Of a DNA stretch of 64,000 nucleotides, positions 51,787 to 60,850 are shown piece by piece (within the stretch, counting starts at the first letter, position 1; each line of letters begins with the position of its first letter). The stretch spans positions 66,657 through 130,656 of the forward strand of contig MNYS01000008.1 of NCBI GenBank assembly GCA_001873215.1, read 5' to 3'. A program made the translations under genes and the position numbers. The DNA is from Candidatus Levybacteria bacterium CG2_30_37_29. GTDB taxonomy: Bacteria; Patescibacteriota; Microgenomatia; Levybacterales; GWA1-39-11. The notes beneath the pieces were generated by a model. It was not told the DNA's origin. It worked only from the letters and a program-made list of their open reading frames with translations, and searched no databases.

Positions 51787-52638
51787 TTATCGTAGTGCTG
51801 CTGATGCAGGTGGACCTTTGGGAATTATTGGATTTGCAGCTAACCCAATATTAGCCTTTATAGGAGTAAACTCTTTATCTTTTTTAGGCTGTACAGCAGG
51901 GCGTGATTCATTATTTTTTTGTTTTTTATTTGTTTGTTCTGCTCCAATCATAATCCCAGCCGCATTAATTAGTAAGTTTAGCAATGACAATAATAATCCC
52001 AGTTTTTGCTTTTCAGATGGGGACGCATTTTCCATAGCCAATTTTATTGTTAATTCCAAACCTGGTATTTGCGTCATAGCTTCATTAATCCTGTTTACTA
52101 TTGCAGCTTGTTGATCTTTCAATTGTTGAATTTCTCCGGTTAAGGTATTTACTTCAGCATTTAGAGATTCTATTCCGCTTGCAATCTCACCACTTTCACC
52201 AGTAGCTTCTTCGGTTCCACCAGACTCACTAGTTTCATCGACAACTTGTTTTCCGCCGGTATCTTGTCCGTCCATCTTGTCTGCCTGTGAACTATCAGTA
52301 CCTCCATCTGTTGCTTGCTCTAAAACGGTATCTGTCGCAGACTCATCGGCTTCTCCTTGTTGATCTTGAGAATTTATGGAATCTTCGGCTTCTGCATGAG
52401 ATTGTATGTCCTGCTCGGCATCTGATACCGAACCAGCTTCGCCTCCTACTTCTCCCTCTGCTAATTGTTGGAATGCAGAATCTACTCCTTCTACGTTTTC
52501 TACTTCTTCGATTGTAGAAGCCAAATTATCTGCTGCTGTATCCACAGCCGATTCAACAGCCGGAGCAGCTACACCCCCTACGCCTTCTGCGGCTGTTTCT
52601 ACGACTGCACCCCCAATACCCCCTGCTACTTCACCCAT
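51787..52638 (-). CDS. Hypothetical acidic low-complexity/coiled-coil protein with Leu-rich C-terminal helix (283 aa)
   Basis: D/E/G/S-rich N-terminal half; coiled coil; SEKQKLGLLLSLLNLLINAAGIM. Start overlaps the upstream TGA stop (ATGGGTGA). Confidence 0.5.
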   Translation of the reverse strand: MGEVAGGIGGAVVETAAEGVGGVAAPAVESAVDTAADNLASTIEEVENVEGVDSAFQQLAEGEVGGEAGSVSDAEQDIQSHAEAEDSINSQDQQGEADESATDTVLEQATDGGTDSSQADKMDGQDTGGKQVVDETSESGGTEEATGESGEIASGIESLNAEVNTLTGEIQQLKDQQAAIVNRINEAMTQIPGLELTIKLAMENASPSEKQKLGLLLSLLNLLINAAGIMIGAEQTNKKQKNNESRPAVQPKKDKEFTPIKANIGLAANPIIPKGPPASAALR

Positions 52639-52984
52639 TCGTAATACCTCCTTTTGCTACTTCTATTGCCTTCTCTATATTTCCATTATTTATATGTTCT
52701 GCCATTGCTTGCAATTTTACTTTTGAGTTCATATCTTCTTGCATTGCATGATATTTAACATATACATCTCTTGCTTCGGAATACTTAGACCCGATATTTT
52801 TTAAGATCTCAACTAAATCATTAAAATCTTTAGGAGGAAGGAAGGATAAAAACTCTTTAGCTAATAGTTGCGCCTCATCGGGCTTTAAATTATGTTTTTT
52901 TAAATTTTTAACTATTTCTGCCAATAAATCTTTCTCAACCTGTTGAACAATTTGATCGGTGTTGCTTACTCCAGAATCATCCAT
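52631..52984 (-). CDS. Hypothetical small helical protein (117 aa)
   Basis: Paralog of the 102-aa protein (see above). Ends KGGITNG with a TGA stop. Confidence 0.5.
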   Translation of the reverse strand: MDDSGVSNTDQIVQQVEKDLLAEIVKNLKKHNLKPDEAQLLAKEFLSFLPPKDFNDLVEILKNIGSKYSEARDVYVKYHAMQEDMNSKVKLQAMAEHINNGNIEKAIEVAKGGITNG

Positions 52985-53033
52985 AATCTTAGAATATCAT
53001 TATTCTAAATCGCAATGCAAGAGTGGTCAAAAT

Positions 53034-53969
53034 TTAACGGATGGAAGACCCGATAATCTCGGCAATAGATAATACCTCAAGTTTTTTAAAATGTTTTTCT
53101 TTTGGTACCGGAATAGAATCTGTTACAAAGATTTTTTCAGCTTTTAAATTCTGGAGTAATTCTGTTGCATTTTCTGAAAATACAGGATGAGTACCGAAAA
53201 CATACACTTTTTCTGCTTGCCCTGAGCTTTCCGAATGGGCACCGTTTTTTATAAGCGTTTCCACAGCTTGTGCAATCGTTTTTCCCGTTGAGATAATGTC
53301 ATCGATAATAAAACATGTACCTTTTATCTTCCCTTCAAAAGCGGCAACATTAACCTCCCCTGTCTGATAATCCCTGTCTTTATTAATAACAACTTGGTTG
53401 ACTCCACAAAGCATCTCATCGATTAATTTCAAACGTCTAATACCTCCCATATCAGGAGATACAATAGTAATATTTGCATGCTTGGGCTCTATCTCTTTAA
53501 TTTTTGTGGCAAACAAAGAAAGCGCTGACAAATCATGAACCTTAATTGAGAAAAGCTCGGGTATTTTTATACTGTGCGGATCAACAATAATTATTTCATC
53601 AAGACCTGAATCTTGAATCATTTTAATAATAACTTCTAGAGGAACTGCTTCACCTGTACGGAACATGTGGTCTGCGCGCATATACGGAATGTAAGGAATT
53701 ATGCCGATTACGTTGTCTGCTCCATTTTTTTTCAGAGCGTCGACTAAAAAAGTTATCTGCATTATTGCGCTGTCAACAGGAGCGGTGATTGATTTTATTA
53801 AATATATTTTTTCCCCAACAACTCTCTGATTTATTCTTACTCTTTGTTCGCTATCCGGAAAAACATCAACTTCAGGATAAAAAATTTCTACAGCAAGAGC
53901 CTTAGCTATACCCTCTGATAATTCTTTATTGGAGCCATCACCAAAAATCATTTTATTTACCTCCTCCAA
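53034..53969 (-). CDS. prs: Ribose-phosphate pyrophosphokinase
   Basis: PRPP-binding CFIIDDIISTGKT; N-terminal FGDGSNKELSEGIAKAL...FPDSEQRVRI. Confidence 0.9.
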   Translation of the reverse strand: MEEVNKMIFGDGSNKELSEGIAKALAVEIFYPEVDVFPDSEQRVRINQRVVGEKIYLIKSITAPVDSAIMQITFLVDALKKNGADNVIGIIPYIPYMRADHMFRTGEAVPLEVIIKMIQDSGLDEIIIVDPHSIKIPELFSIKVHDLSALSLFATKIKEIEPKHANITIVSPDMGGIRRLKLIDEMLCGVNQVVINKDRDYQTGEVNVAAFEGKIKGTCFIIDDIISTGKTIAQAVETLIKNGAHSESSGQAEKVYVFGTHPVFSENATELLQNLKAEKIFVTDSIPVPKEKHFKKLEVLSIAEIIGSSIR

Positions 53970-54234
53970 GCAAACTACTAAGTCCTCCTGCTTCCTGCAT
54001 TTTTGCCGCTGCTTTTTTCTGGGCCTTTTCTATAGCATCATTGAGAGCATCTTTTAAATCTCCCATTTCCTCGCCGCTTATTTTTACACTTTTTATTTTC
54101 ATATCACCGGTAATTTTTACATACGCCCGGCCTTTTTCCTCTTCCACCTCAATAAGCTGCAATTCTTTTTGAATACGCATCGCTTCCTGACGTAGCTTAT
54201 TTAAATTCCCAAGTCCTTTTAATGGATTAAACAT
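53953..54234 (-). CDS. ybaB: YbaB/EbfC nucleoid-associated protein
   Basis: 93 aa. MFNPLKGLGNLNKLRQEAMRIQKEL...; conserved dnaX-ybaB linkage. Confidence 0.85.
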   Translation of the reverse strand: MFNPLKGLGNLNKLRQEAMRIQKELQLIEVEEEKGRAYVKITGDMKIKSVKISGEEMGDLKDALNDAIEKAQKKAAAKMQEAGGLSSLLGGGK

Positions 54235-54390
54235 AAATTACACCTCCTTTGTTAGAAACTCTTGACGAATTTTATGAATCCTAGAGTTTCTTACATCCGC
54301 CAAAGTAAAGTTTCGGCTGCATGGCTGTAAGCCTTGAGACGAACCTGAACGCCGTCGGACTTTATTATTTACATCTATTATACATTAAAA

Positions 54391-55872
54391 CTACTTCTTC
54401 AATTCAATAATAATTCTTATATCTTTTCTTAATATTTCCCCCGCTCTTTTCTCAATTATTTTCATTATTTTATCTTCGTTTAATTTATCTCTATGAAATT
54501 TATACTTGGCCTCAAGAACAACTTTTTCTTTGTCCAAGCTTACAAGACTACAACCGCGCAAAATTCCAGCAATTGAATGGTTGTCCTTTTTAACACTATC
54601 AAGAAGTGAAAGAAAGAAATTTTGACCGACTGATGTAGGGTTGAAAAGTTCTCCGAATTTTTTGTCATCGGAAATGTCATCTTTTTTTTGAGCTACTACT
54701 TCTTCTTTTTTCTCAACATCTATTTTTTTTTCTTCGTTTTCATTTTTTTCCAAAGTCTCATCCGTATAGCACCATCTCATTATCGCAAGTTCCAAAGGAA
54801 GGCTTGGGATAACAGTATATTTTAGGTGTTTGTATGACTCGGAAAAAAAATCAATAAGTATTTCCAGATCGCGAACATCAAAATTTAGTGTATCTTTATT
54901 TTTTTGAATGCCGGCAGTCGCAAGCAATTGGAGTCTCAATTCTTCAACAATTTTCTCGTTGACAAGCGCCATGTCCGTTCCTTTTTGAAAAAGTTTTTCA
55001 ATTATAATAAGCGCTTCTTTTGCCTTTTTTTGCGCTAAAAAGATTAGAATTTCCCTTGAATCTTTTTCAATGCTATCGGATTTATAAGTCTCCTCCAAAA
55101 GCTCTTTTTTTATTTTTTTACCCGAGGAAACAATTGAAAGATCTTCAAGTATTTTTGACCCGTCCCTAAAAGACCCTTCTGAAAGTTTGTAGATTTCCTC
55201 CAAAACTCCATTTTCAATATCAAGCTTTTCCCCTTTTACAATTCGCCTCAAAGATCTGACTAGTTCCTCTTGCGTTGGTTTTTCAAAAGAAACGTGGAAA
55301 GTACGCGATGCAATTGTTGGCGGAACTTTCCATACTTCAGTTGTACAAAGAATAAATATCGCATGATCCGGAGGCTCTTCAAGAGTTTTGAGAAGCGCGT
55401 TGAATGCATCAGTTGTCAACATGTGCACCTCATCAATTATGTAAATTTTTTTGGAAAGGACTGCCGGTGAAAATTTTATTTTATCGCGGAGCTCTCGTAT
55501 TTCATCAATTCCTCTGTTTGAGGCAGCATCAAGTTCCAGAACATCAACTGCCGAACCGCTTGTTATAGAAACACACGCATCACATTTATTGCAAGGCTCA
55601 ATATTGGAATCATGAATCATGAATTTTGAATCAGGAGTCTGTTCTTTTTGCCGTTTCCCTTGCTTCTTGATTCCTGCTTCTTGATTCTTTTCACAGTTGA
55701 TTGCTTTTGCCAAAATCCGCGCACTTGATGTTTTTCCGAGACCTTTTGGGCCAGTGAATAAAAATGCATGAGGTATTTCCTGATTTTTAAGAATAGCGGT
55801 AAGTTTTGTACGAACAGAATCCAAATCAAGTTCTTCAATTGTCTGAGGACGATATTTGCGATAATACACCAT
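54391..55872 (-). CDS. dnaX: DNA polymerase III subunit gamma/tau
   Basis: YRKYRPQT...; Walker A FTGPKGLGKTSSARILAK; Zn module CNKCDACV; DEVHML; SRT sensor. Confidence 0.9.
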   Translation of the reverse strand: MVYYRKYRPQTIEELDLDSVRTKLTAILKNQEIPHAFLFTGPKGLGKTSSARILAKAINCEKNQEAGIKKQGKRQKEQTPDSKFMIHDSNIEPCNKCDACVSITSGSAVDVLELDAASNRGIDEIRELRDKIKFSPAVLSKKIYIIDEVHMLTTDAFNALLKTLEEPPDHAIFILCTTEVWKVPPTIASRTFHVSFEKPTQEELVRSLRRIVKGEKLDIENGVLEEIYKLSEGSFRDGSKILEDLSIVSSGKKIKKELLEETYKSDSIEKDSREILIFLAQKKAKEALIIIEKLFQKGTDMALVNEKIVEELRLQLLATAGIQKNKDTLNFDVRDLEILIDFFSESYKHLKYTVIPSLPLELAIMRWCYTDETLEKNENEEKKIDVEKKEEVVAQKKDDISDDKKFGELFNPTSVGQNFFLSLLDSVKKDNHSIAGILRGCSLVSLDKEKVVLEAKYKFHRDKLNEDKIMKIIEKRAGEILRKDIRIIIELKK

Positions 55873-55964
55873 GAGCGTTTAGTTATTAGTACTTAGCGTT
55901 TAGTTATACCTCAAGATTAATAATTAATCAACTAAACCCTAAACCCTATCAGCTAACTTCTATT

Positions 55965-56363
55965 TTACAGGTGGTGCTTACCAAGTAAATGTAAAACTCC
56001 GTGTTCTATTAGCTCACAAGCTTTGTCATCAACAAGCATTTTTTCAAACGATGCTTCTTCAATTACTTTTGGATAGGACACAACAACGTCTCCTAAAAAA
56101 AGTGTCGTTGTTGGAGGAAGGGCTTGTCTTTCCCCTTCGGTCTGGGAAAAAGAAAGGACGTTTGTTGTTTTATCAAGTCCGCGGTATTTTTTATTTAACG
56201 ACCGCATTTTTCGATCCCCTACGATTGCAACTGACACTTCTGCCGGTCCACCAGCTCCATTTTTTATAAGCGTGTCTACCACTACTCGCTTTATTCTTTT
56301 TCTGTTGACACGATACCTACTTTCAATAAAGATAGGAACCGATATAGAAGAATTATCTATCAT
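55965..56363 (-). CDS. ybeY: Endoribonuclease YbeY
   Basis: C-terminal HGVLHLLGKHH (H3xH5xH zinc motif); 132 aa. Confidence 0.8.
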   Translation of the reverse strand: MIDNSSISVPIFIESRYRVNRKRIKRVVVDTLIKNGAGGPAEVSVAIVGDRKMRSLNKKYRGLDKTTNVLSFSQTEGERQALPPTTTLFLGDVVVSYPKVIEEASFEKMLVDDKACELIEHGVLHLLGKHHL

Positions 56364-56402
56364 TTGAAATTTAAAATTGAAAATTAATAATTTATAATTG
56401 AC

Positions 56403-56597
56403 TTATTGTCTTGTCCATGCTTGCTGTTTTGCAAATTTTCTGGCAAGAACTTTTCTAAATTTTTTAGCAAGAGAAGGCTTTAGGTAAAACTTACGTTTTT
56501 CCATTTCCTGAATTATGCCTTCTGACGCTACTTTGCGTGAAAATTTTCGAATCATTGCGTCTGCTGAATCCCCCGGTTGTTTTTTAACATATACCAT
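56403..56597 (-). CDS. rpsU: 30S ribosomal protein S21
   Basis: MVYVKKQPGDSADAMIRKFSRKVASEGIIQEMEKRKFYLKPSLAKKFRK. Confidence 0.85.
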   Translation of the reverse strand: MVYVKKQPGDSADAMIRKFSRKVASEGIIQEMEKRKFYLKPSLAKKFRKVLARKFAKQQAWTRQ

Positions 56598-56700
56598 AAA
56601 TAAAACACCTCCTTAAAGTTTAATAGACTATATTATAGTACAAAAGGCAATGAATGAAAAGCTAAAAGAGCAAGAATGCCTCTAATTTTGCTAGTTTATA

Positions 56701-57969
56701 TCAAAAAAGATAAAGCTTCGGTTTTTGAGGATTAATTTTTTTGATTAATTCGATAATATTATTGTGGTCATCGGTTAAATCTCCGTTTATTATATTAAGC
56801 GCAACGTTTTCAGCTCCCCAAATTCTCAATAGTGACTGTTTACTCATATCCAATACCTCATTCATGCACCTCAAAAGCATAAATCTGAATTCTCGCGCTG
56901 AGCTTCCGGGAGAAAAGTAAGGCTTCCACGCTTCTGCCTGACCTTCTGTAACCTCAATTTTATATCCATATTTTTTAGCATCTTGACGGTTTTTTTTGAG
57001 ATCTTCGTTTCCGGCAAGTCTTGCACGAGTTATTGGATCAATCCATCTTATTATGGGATCATCTGAAAGCTTAGGTTTTTTATAGTAATAATCATACCCA
57101 AAAATCAATTTATCAGTTTCTATTTGACCAGAGATGATAATCTTTTTAAACATAGTGGCAATTTTTCCTATATTGTCCGGGTTTGCGGCGTTAACAAGTA
57201 TTTGAGAGTTTGGAAAAGCTGCATGAATAAGCTCAATATTTGAGATCATATAATTACTTCCCATCACCCATCCGAATTGTCCGGATGATTGATTCGGCTC
57301 GTTATCAGACTGGAAAGCGCCTATTTTTCCGTCATAATTGTTTTTGACGTATTCAAGCTGCTCCATCATCTGTAAAACTCCTTCTTTTGCTATATCCATG
57401 TCAGGAGTAATTCTTTGACCACGCGAAGGAACAGACGAAACGTTTTGCAAAACCGATTGAGGAGGGTGTTCTTCGGGATATCTGAAAGTTTTTAGCGGTC
57501 CTATATTTAAACAAATATTTGCGCCTTTTTCTAAACAATGGTCAACAAAAGGCTTGTAAAAAGAAAAATTAAAGTTGCCCTTGCTGTCTACCGCGTTTGA
57601 CCATCTTATTCCGAATCTTATATCTGTTATTCCAAGGTCATCAATTATAACATCCAGTGCCTTAAATACATTTTCGTATTCGCTTATCTTATCCGGCCCG
57701 ATATTTTGAGGATTAATACCAAATTCTTCCGGAGAAAATGAGCAGCCTAGTTTTAGATTTTTAAGCTTATTCCTGTTTTCAGTCAAAAATTTCTCGTTTG
57801 ATTTGTCTGAATTTTTCCAATCGCTCCATTGGTCAATTACTGCAGTCCATCTGCTTCTTTCTATTCCTGCGGCAGCAGCAAATACTCCTCCTGTAGTAAG
57901 CGCAGATCCGGTAAGCAATTTTCTTCTGGATAATTTTGTATTGAGGATTCTATTTTCAAGATTAGGCAT
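56701..57969 (-). CDS. Secreted clan GH-A glycoside hydrolase with twin-arginine (Tat) signal
   Basis: SRRKLLTGSALTTGGVFAAAAG Tat-type leader; IRFGIRW; acid/base motif in QSDNEPN; nucleophile in KIEVTEGQ. Confidence 0.5.
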   Translation of the reverse strand: MPNLENRILNTKLSRRKLLTGSALTTGGVFAAAAGIERSRWTAVIDQWSDWKNSDKSNEKFLTENRNKLKNLKLGCSFSPEEFGINPQNIGPDKISEYENVFKALDVIIDDLGITDIRFGIRWSNAVDSKGNFNFSFYKPFVDHCLEKGANICLNIGPLKTFRYPEEHPPQSVLQNVSSVPSRGQRITPDMDIAKEGVLQMMEQLEYVKNNYDGKIGAFQSDNEPNQSSGQFGWVMGSNYMISNIELIHAAFPNSQILVNAANPDNIGKIATMFKKIIISGQIETDKLIFGYDYYYKKPKLSDDPIIRWIDPITRARLAGNEDLKKNRQDAKKYGYKIEVTEGQAEAWKPYFSPGSSAREFRFMLLRCMNEVLDMSKQSLLRIWGAENVALNIINGDLTDDHNNIIELIKKINPQKPKLYLF

Positions 57970-58004
57970 TTTAAATATGAATAACTTATTTATTCACTAT
58001 TATA

Positions 58005-58328
58005 TTATTTTCTTGCTCTGGTGGGACCAAAAAGATGAAAATGAAGATGGTCTATCTCCTGAGATCCTCCTCCATTAACCTCTATTTTATATCCTTTTCC
58101 CATTAGCCCTGTTTTTTCAATTAATTTGTGAATTGCTAAGGTTATTGCCATATGCGTTTTTGGGTCTTTTGCATTAAAAAAATCATCTATATGCTCTTTT
58201 GGAACAATCAGAAGATGGATTGGTGCTGCTGGATTTATATTATCAAAAGCTACGACAGAATCATCTTCGTATTTAAAATCTTTCGGAATTTCACCTTTTA
58301 CAATTTTGCAAAATATACAATTATCCAT
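58005..58328 (-). CDS. HIT-family hydrolase (Hint-like)
   Basis: Histidine triad HLHFHLF; 107 aa. Confidence 0.85.
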   Translation of the reverse strand: MDNCIFCKIVKGEIPKDFKYEDDSVVAFDNINPAAPIHLLIVPKEHIDDFFNAKDPKTHMAITLAIHKLIEKTGLMGKGYKIEVNGGGSQEIDHLHFHLFGPTRARK

Positions 58329-58331
58329 TTT

Positions 58332-58931
58332 TTACCATCTGGGCGGAAAGTAACCATTCTCTGCTATTTTTTTTCCTTTACTTTTTTTACCTACAGTAGT
58401 TCCTTTATCTTTTCCAATATACAGTTTATCATGTAGCATTTTCCTTTGTTTTTCTATAATTCTTTTTATCAAATTCTTTTGAGGTGTTGGATTTAATTCT
58501 TTTTCCTTATTTTTTCTTGAATCATCAACTTTATCTCTTATCTTTTGTGTTATTTTCTTAATTTGCCGCAATTCTAATTTAGAAGGATTTTCAAGTGAAT
58601 CTTTCAAACTTAAGAGATAATCTACTTCTCCTTGATTAAGAGTTGTACCGGCTTCACCGTTAACAGGCCATTTCCCGTAAGCTGACTTCAACAACTTAAG
58701 ATAAAGTCTTTCAACGTCAAATCCGTCAACAATTGGCGATCCAGAATCATGAATAAGCCTATTCTTATGTCTTTTTAAAACAATAGCCACGTGCTCAATC
58801 GAAATGCGAGGCATACTAATTTGATAAGAAGGAAGAATTTCTTCGCCAAAATGTTCCCGCGCAACAAAACTTGCCGCGTATTCTGCAAGTGGATTAACAT
58901 TATCACCCTCAGGTCTTGTCATATTATCCAA
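58332..58931 (-). CDS. Hypothetical protein (199 aa), Lys-rich C-terminus
   Basis: No recognised motif. Confidence 0.45.
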   Translation of the reverse strand: MDNMTRPEGDNVNPLAEYAASFVAREHFGEEILPSYQISMPRISIEHVAIVLKRHKNRLIHDSGSPIVDGFDVERLYLKLLKSAYGKWPVNGEAGTTLNQGEVDYLLSLKDSLENPSKLELRQIKKITQKIRDKVDDSRKNKEKELNPTPQKNLIKRIIEKQRKMLHDKLYIGKDKGTTVGKKSKGKKIAENGYFPPRW

Positions 58932-59043
58932 ACCTTTCTGCGCAAATAATAATATGTACTTTACTACTTTCCAATTCCTAATTCAATAATTCCGCTTATT
59001 AGAGAATAATTACACGATTACACGATTGCGGATAATAAACAAG

Positions 59044-59526
59044 CTATTGCTTTCTTCTCAATAACCGACCGAGCAAGCCAGGCTTCCCTGACGGAATCGG
59101 ATCTTGATCTTGAGTTATATTTTTTCTTATTGATCCCCCGCCAAACCTTGTGAGAACATTCTCTAGTGTTCCAAGTTGAGAAAAACACTCACGAACATCA
59201 TCGCTATCAAACTCAATTTTTCTTTCCTCGCAATAAGTTTTTAGCATTCCCCTAATTAATTTAATTCTTGATTCTCCGATATAGACATTTCCTCCATTTT
59301 TTCTTGTTGCTGCTGCATTTAATTCACCAACTAAAGAATCAAAGGGGTTTTCCGGATCGTTTTGTACGCTAGTTCTTTTCTTTTTTAATTCATGTCTCAT
59401 AAGCATATTAACAAGAGCGGCACCGGACATTGCTTCTTCTTGAGTAAAAGGAGCCGGAAAAATTGGGGTTTTTGCTTTTCTGTCTTCAGAAATAGCACAC
59501 TGGCGTAAATCAAATTCGTGCGTCAT
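59044..59526 (-). CDS. Hypothetical protein (160 aa)
   Basis: No recognised motif. Confidence 0.45.
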   Translation of the reverse strand: MTHEFDLRQCAISEDRKAKTPIFPAPFTQEEAMSGAALVNMLMRHELKKKRTSVQNDPENPFDSLVGELNAAATRKNGGNVYIGESRIKLIRGMLKTYCEERKIEFDSDDVRECFSQLGTLENVLTRFGGGSIRKNITQDQDPIPSGKPGLLGRLLRRKQ

Positions 59527-59555
59527 ATTATCTACCTATCTGAAAGAAGGAAGCG

Positions 59556-60665
59556 TCAGCGACCTATCTTGAATTCTACCACATCTCCTTCTTGCATTAT
59601 ATAATCACGGCCTTCAAAACGTACTTTTCCTTTTTCACGGCAACATTTCCAGCCCCCGTTTGTAATAAATTCCTCATACGAAACAGTTTCTGCTTTTATA
59701 AAATTTTTTATAAAATCCGTATGAATAACACCTGCAGCTTCGGGAGCGGGTGCGCCTCGCCTTACGGTCCATGCCCTAACTTCTTTTTCCCCACACGTTA
59801 AAAAAGAAATAAGACCAAGACGGTCATATGCTTTTCTTATTAACATCTCGAGGCCTGAACTTTTAACCCCAAGCGATTCTAGATATTCTTTTTGTTCCTC
59901 CCCACTTAATTCGGATAATTCTGACTCCACCTTTGCGCAAATGACGACAAAGTTATTCTTCTCCAAATCTAAAATCTCCGCGTATTTTTCAATAATTTTA
60001 GGAGTGTTTTCATCGTTATATTCGTTTTCCGAAACATTAAGAACTATTATCTCTTTTTTATTCGACAATAAAAATAAATTATTCACAATTTCTCTCTCTT
60101 CATCGCTTAATTTAAGATTTCGAGCCGGAATTCCATTGTTAAGCTCTTTTTCTACCCGTTCTAGTAATTCATTTTTATTTTTGCCTTGAACTTTTGCCTT
60201 TTGATTTTTGCTTTTTGAGTTTTCAAGAGTTTGTAAATCTGAAAGAATAAGCTCTGTTTCAATCGTTTTATAATCCGATAAAACATCAACGCTCCCCTCA
60301 CGGATAACGTCATCATCTTCAAAAGCTCTGACAACGTGGGCAACAATTTGAACTTCGCGGATGTGGGAAAGAAATTTATTACCAAGACCTGCACCTTCGC
60401 TTGCGCCTTTGACCAAACCTGCGATGTCGACAAATTCAACAGTTGCGGGTTTTATCGGAGGAAGATTTGCCATTCCTTCCTCTTCTTTTGTAATCTCGGC
60501 GAGTCGAACTAAGCGCTCATCCGGAACGGGAACAACTCCGATATTCGGCTCAATTGTCGCAAAGGGATAATTTGCGGCCAAAGCCTGTTGTTTTTTAAGT
60601 AATGCATTAAACAACGTAGACTTTCCGACATTGGGTAAACCAATTATGCCAATACCTAATGACAC
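59556..60665 (-). CDS. ychF: Ribosome-binding ATPase YchF
   Basis: [17 protein letters not shown]; [11 protein letters not shown]; C-terminal TGS domain. Confidence 0.9.
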   Translation of the reverse strand: MSLGIGIIGLPNVGKSTLFNALLKKQQALAANYPFATIEPNIGVVPVPDERLVRLAEITKEEEGMANLPPIKPATVEFVDIAGLVKGASEGAGLGNKFLSHIREVQIVAHVVRAFEDDDVIREGSVDVLSDYKTIETELILSDLQTLENSKSKNQKAKVQGKNKNELLERVEKELNNGIPARNLKLSDEEREIVNNLFLLSNKKEIIVLNVSENEYNDENTPKIIEKYAEILDLEKNNFVVICAKVESELSELSGEEQKEYLESLGVKSSGLEMLIRKAYDRLGLISFLTCGEKEVRAWTVRRGAPAPEAAGVIHTDFIKNFIKAETVSYEEFITNGGWKCCREKGKVRFEGRDYIMQEGDVVEFKIGR

Positions 60666-60850
60666 GATTTACAACCCCCTTTTTGAACAGATAAGCAATG
60701 TCGAGCCCCGTATAAGCGCTCTTGCGACGCGAGGACGTAGACCTCGGGAGCAAGTAAGCTCTGTATGGGGCCGACATTCGGCAACCCGACAATCCCGACA
60801 GAAAGATTCATATTGAAAGATTATACCAAATATCCTAAGCAATACTTCTG

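Noticed and set aside
51104-52726. Plus-strand ORFs 51104-51352, 51114-51344, 52287-52517 and 52406-52726, and similar antisense ORFs throughout the window (e.g. 10098-10412 and 3260-3696)
   Set aside because: These are shadow ORFs antisense to, or out of frame with, strongly supported genes. They are low-complexity translations (poly-Ser, Leu or Phe) with no independent support.
46565-52984. Possible UGA stop-codon reassignment (Gracilibacteria/SR1-style), suggested by the presence of RF1 only and a near-absence of TGA stops
   Set aside because: Long ORFs are intact under the standard code, so there are no in-frame TGAs. Gene 52631-52984 clearly terminates with TGA in an ATGGGTGA overlap with the next gene. 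The roughly 40 other stops I checked are TAA or TAG, which simply reflects AT bias. RF2 is presumably encoded outside this window.
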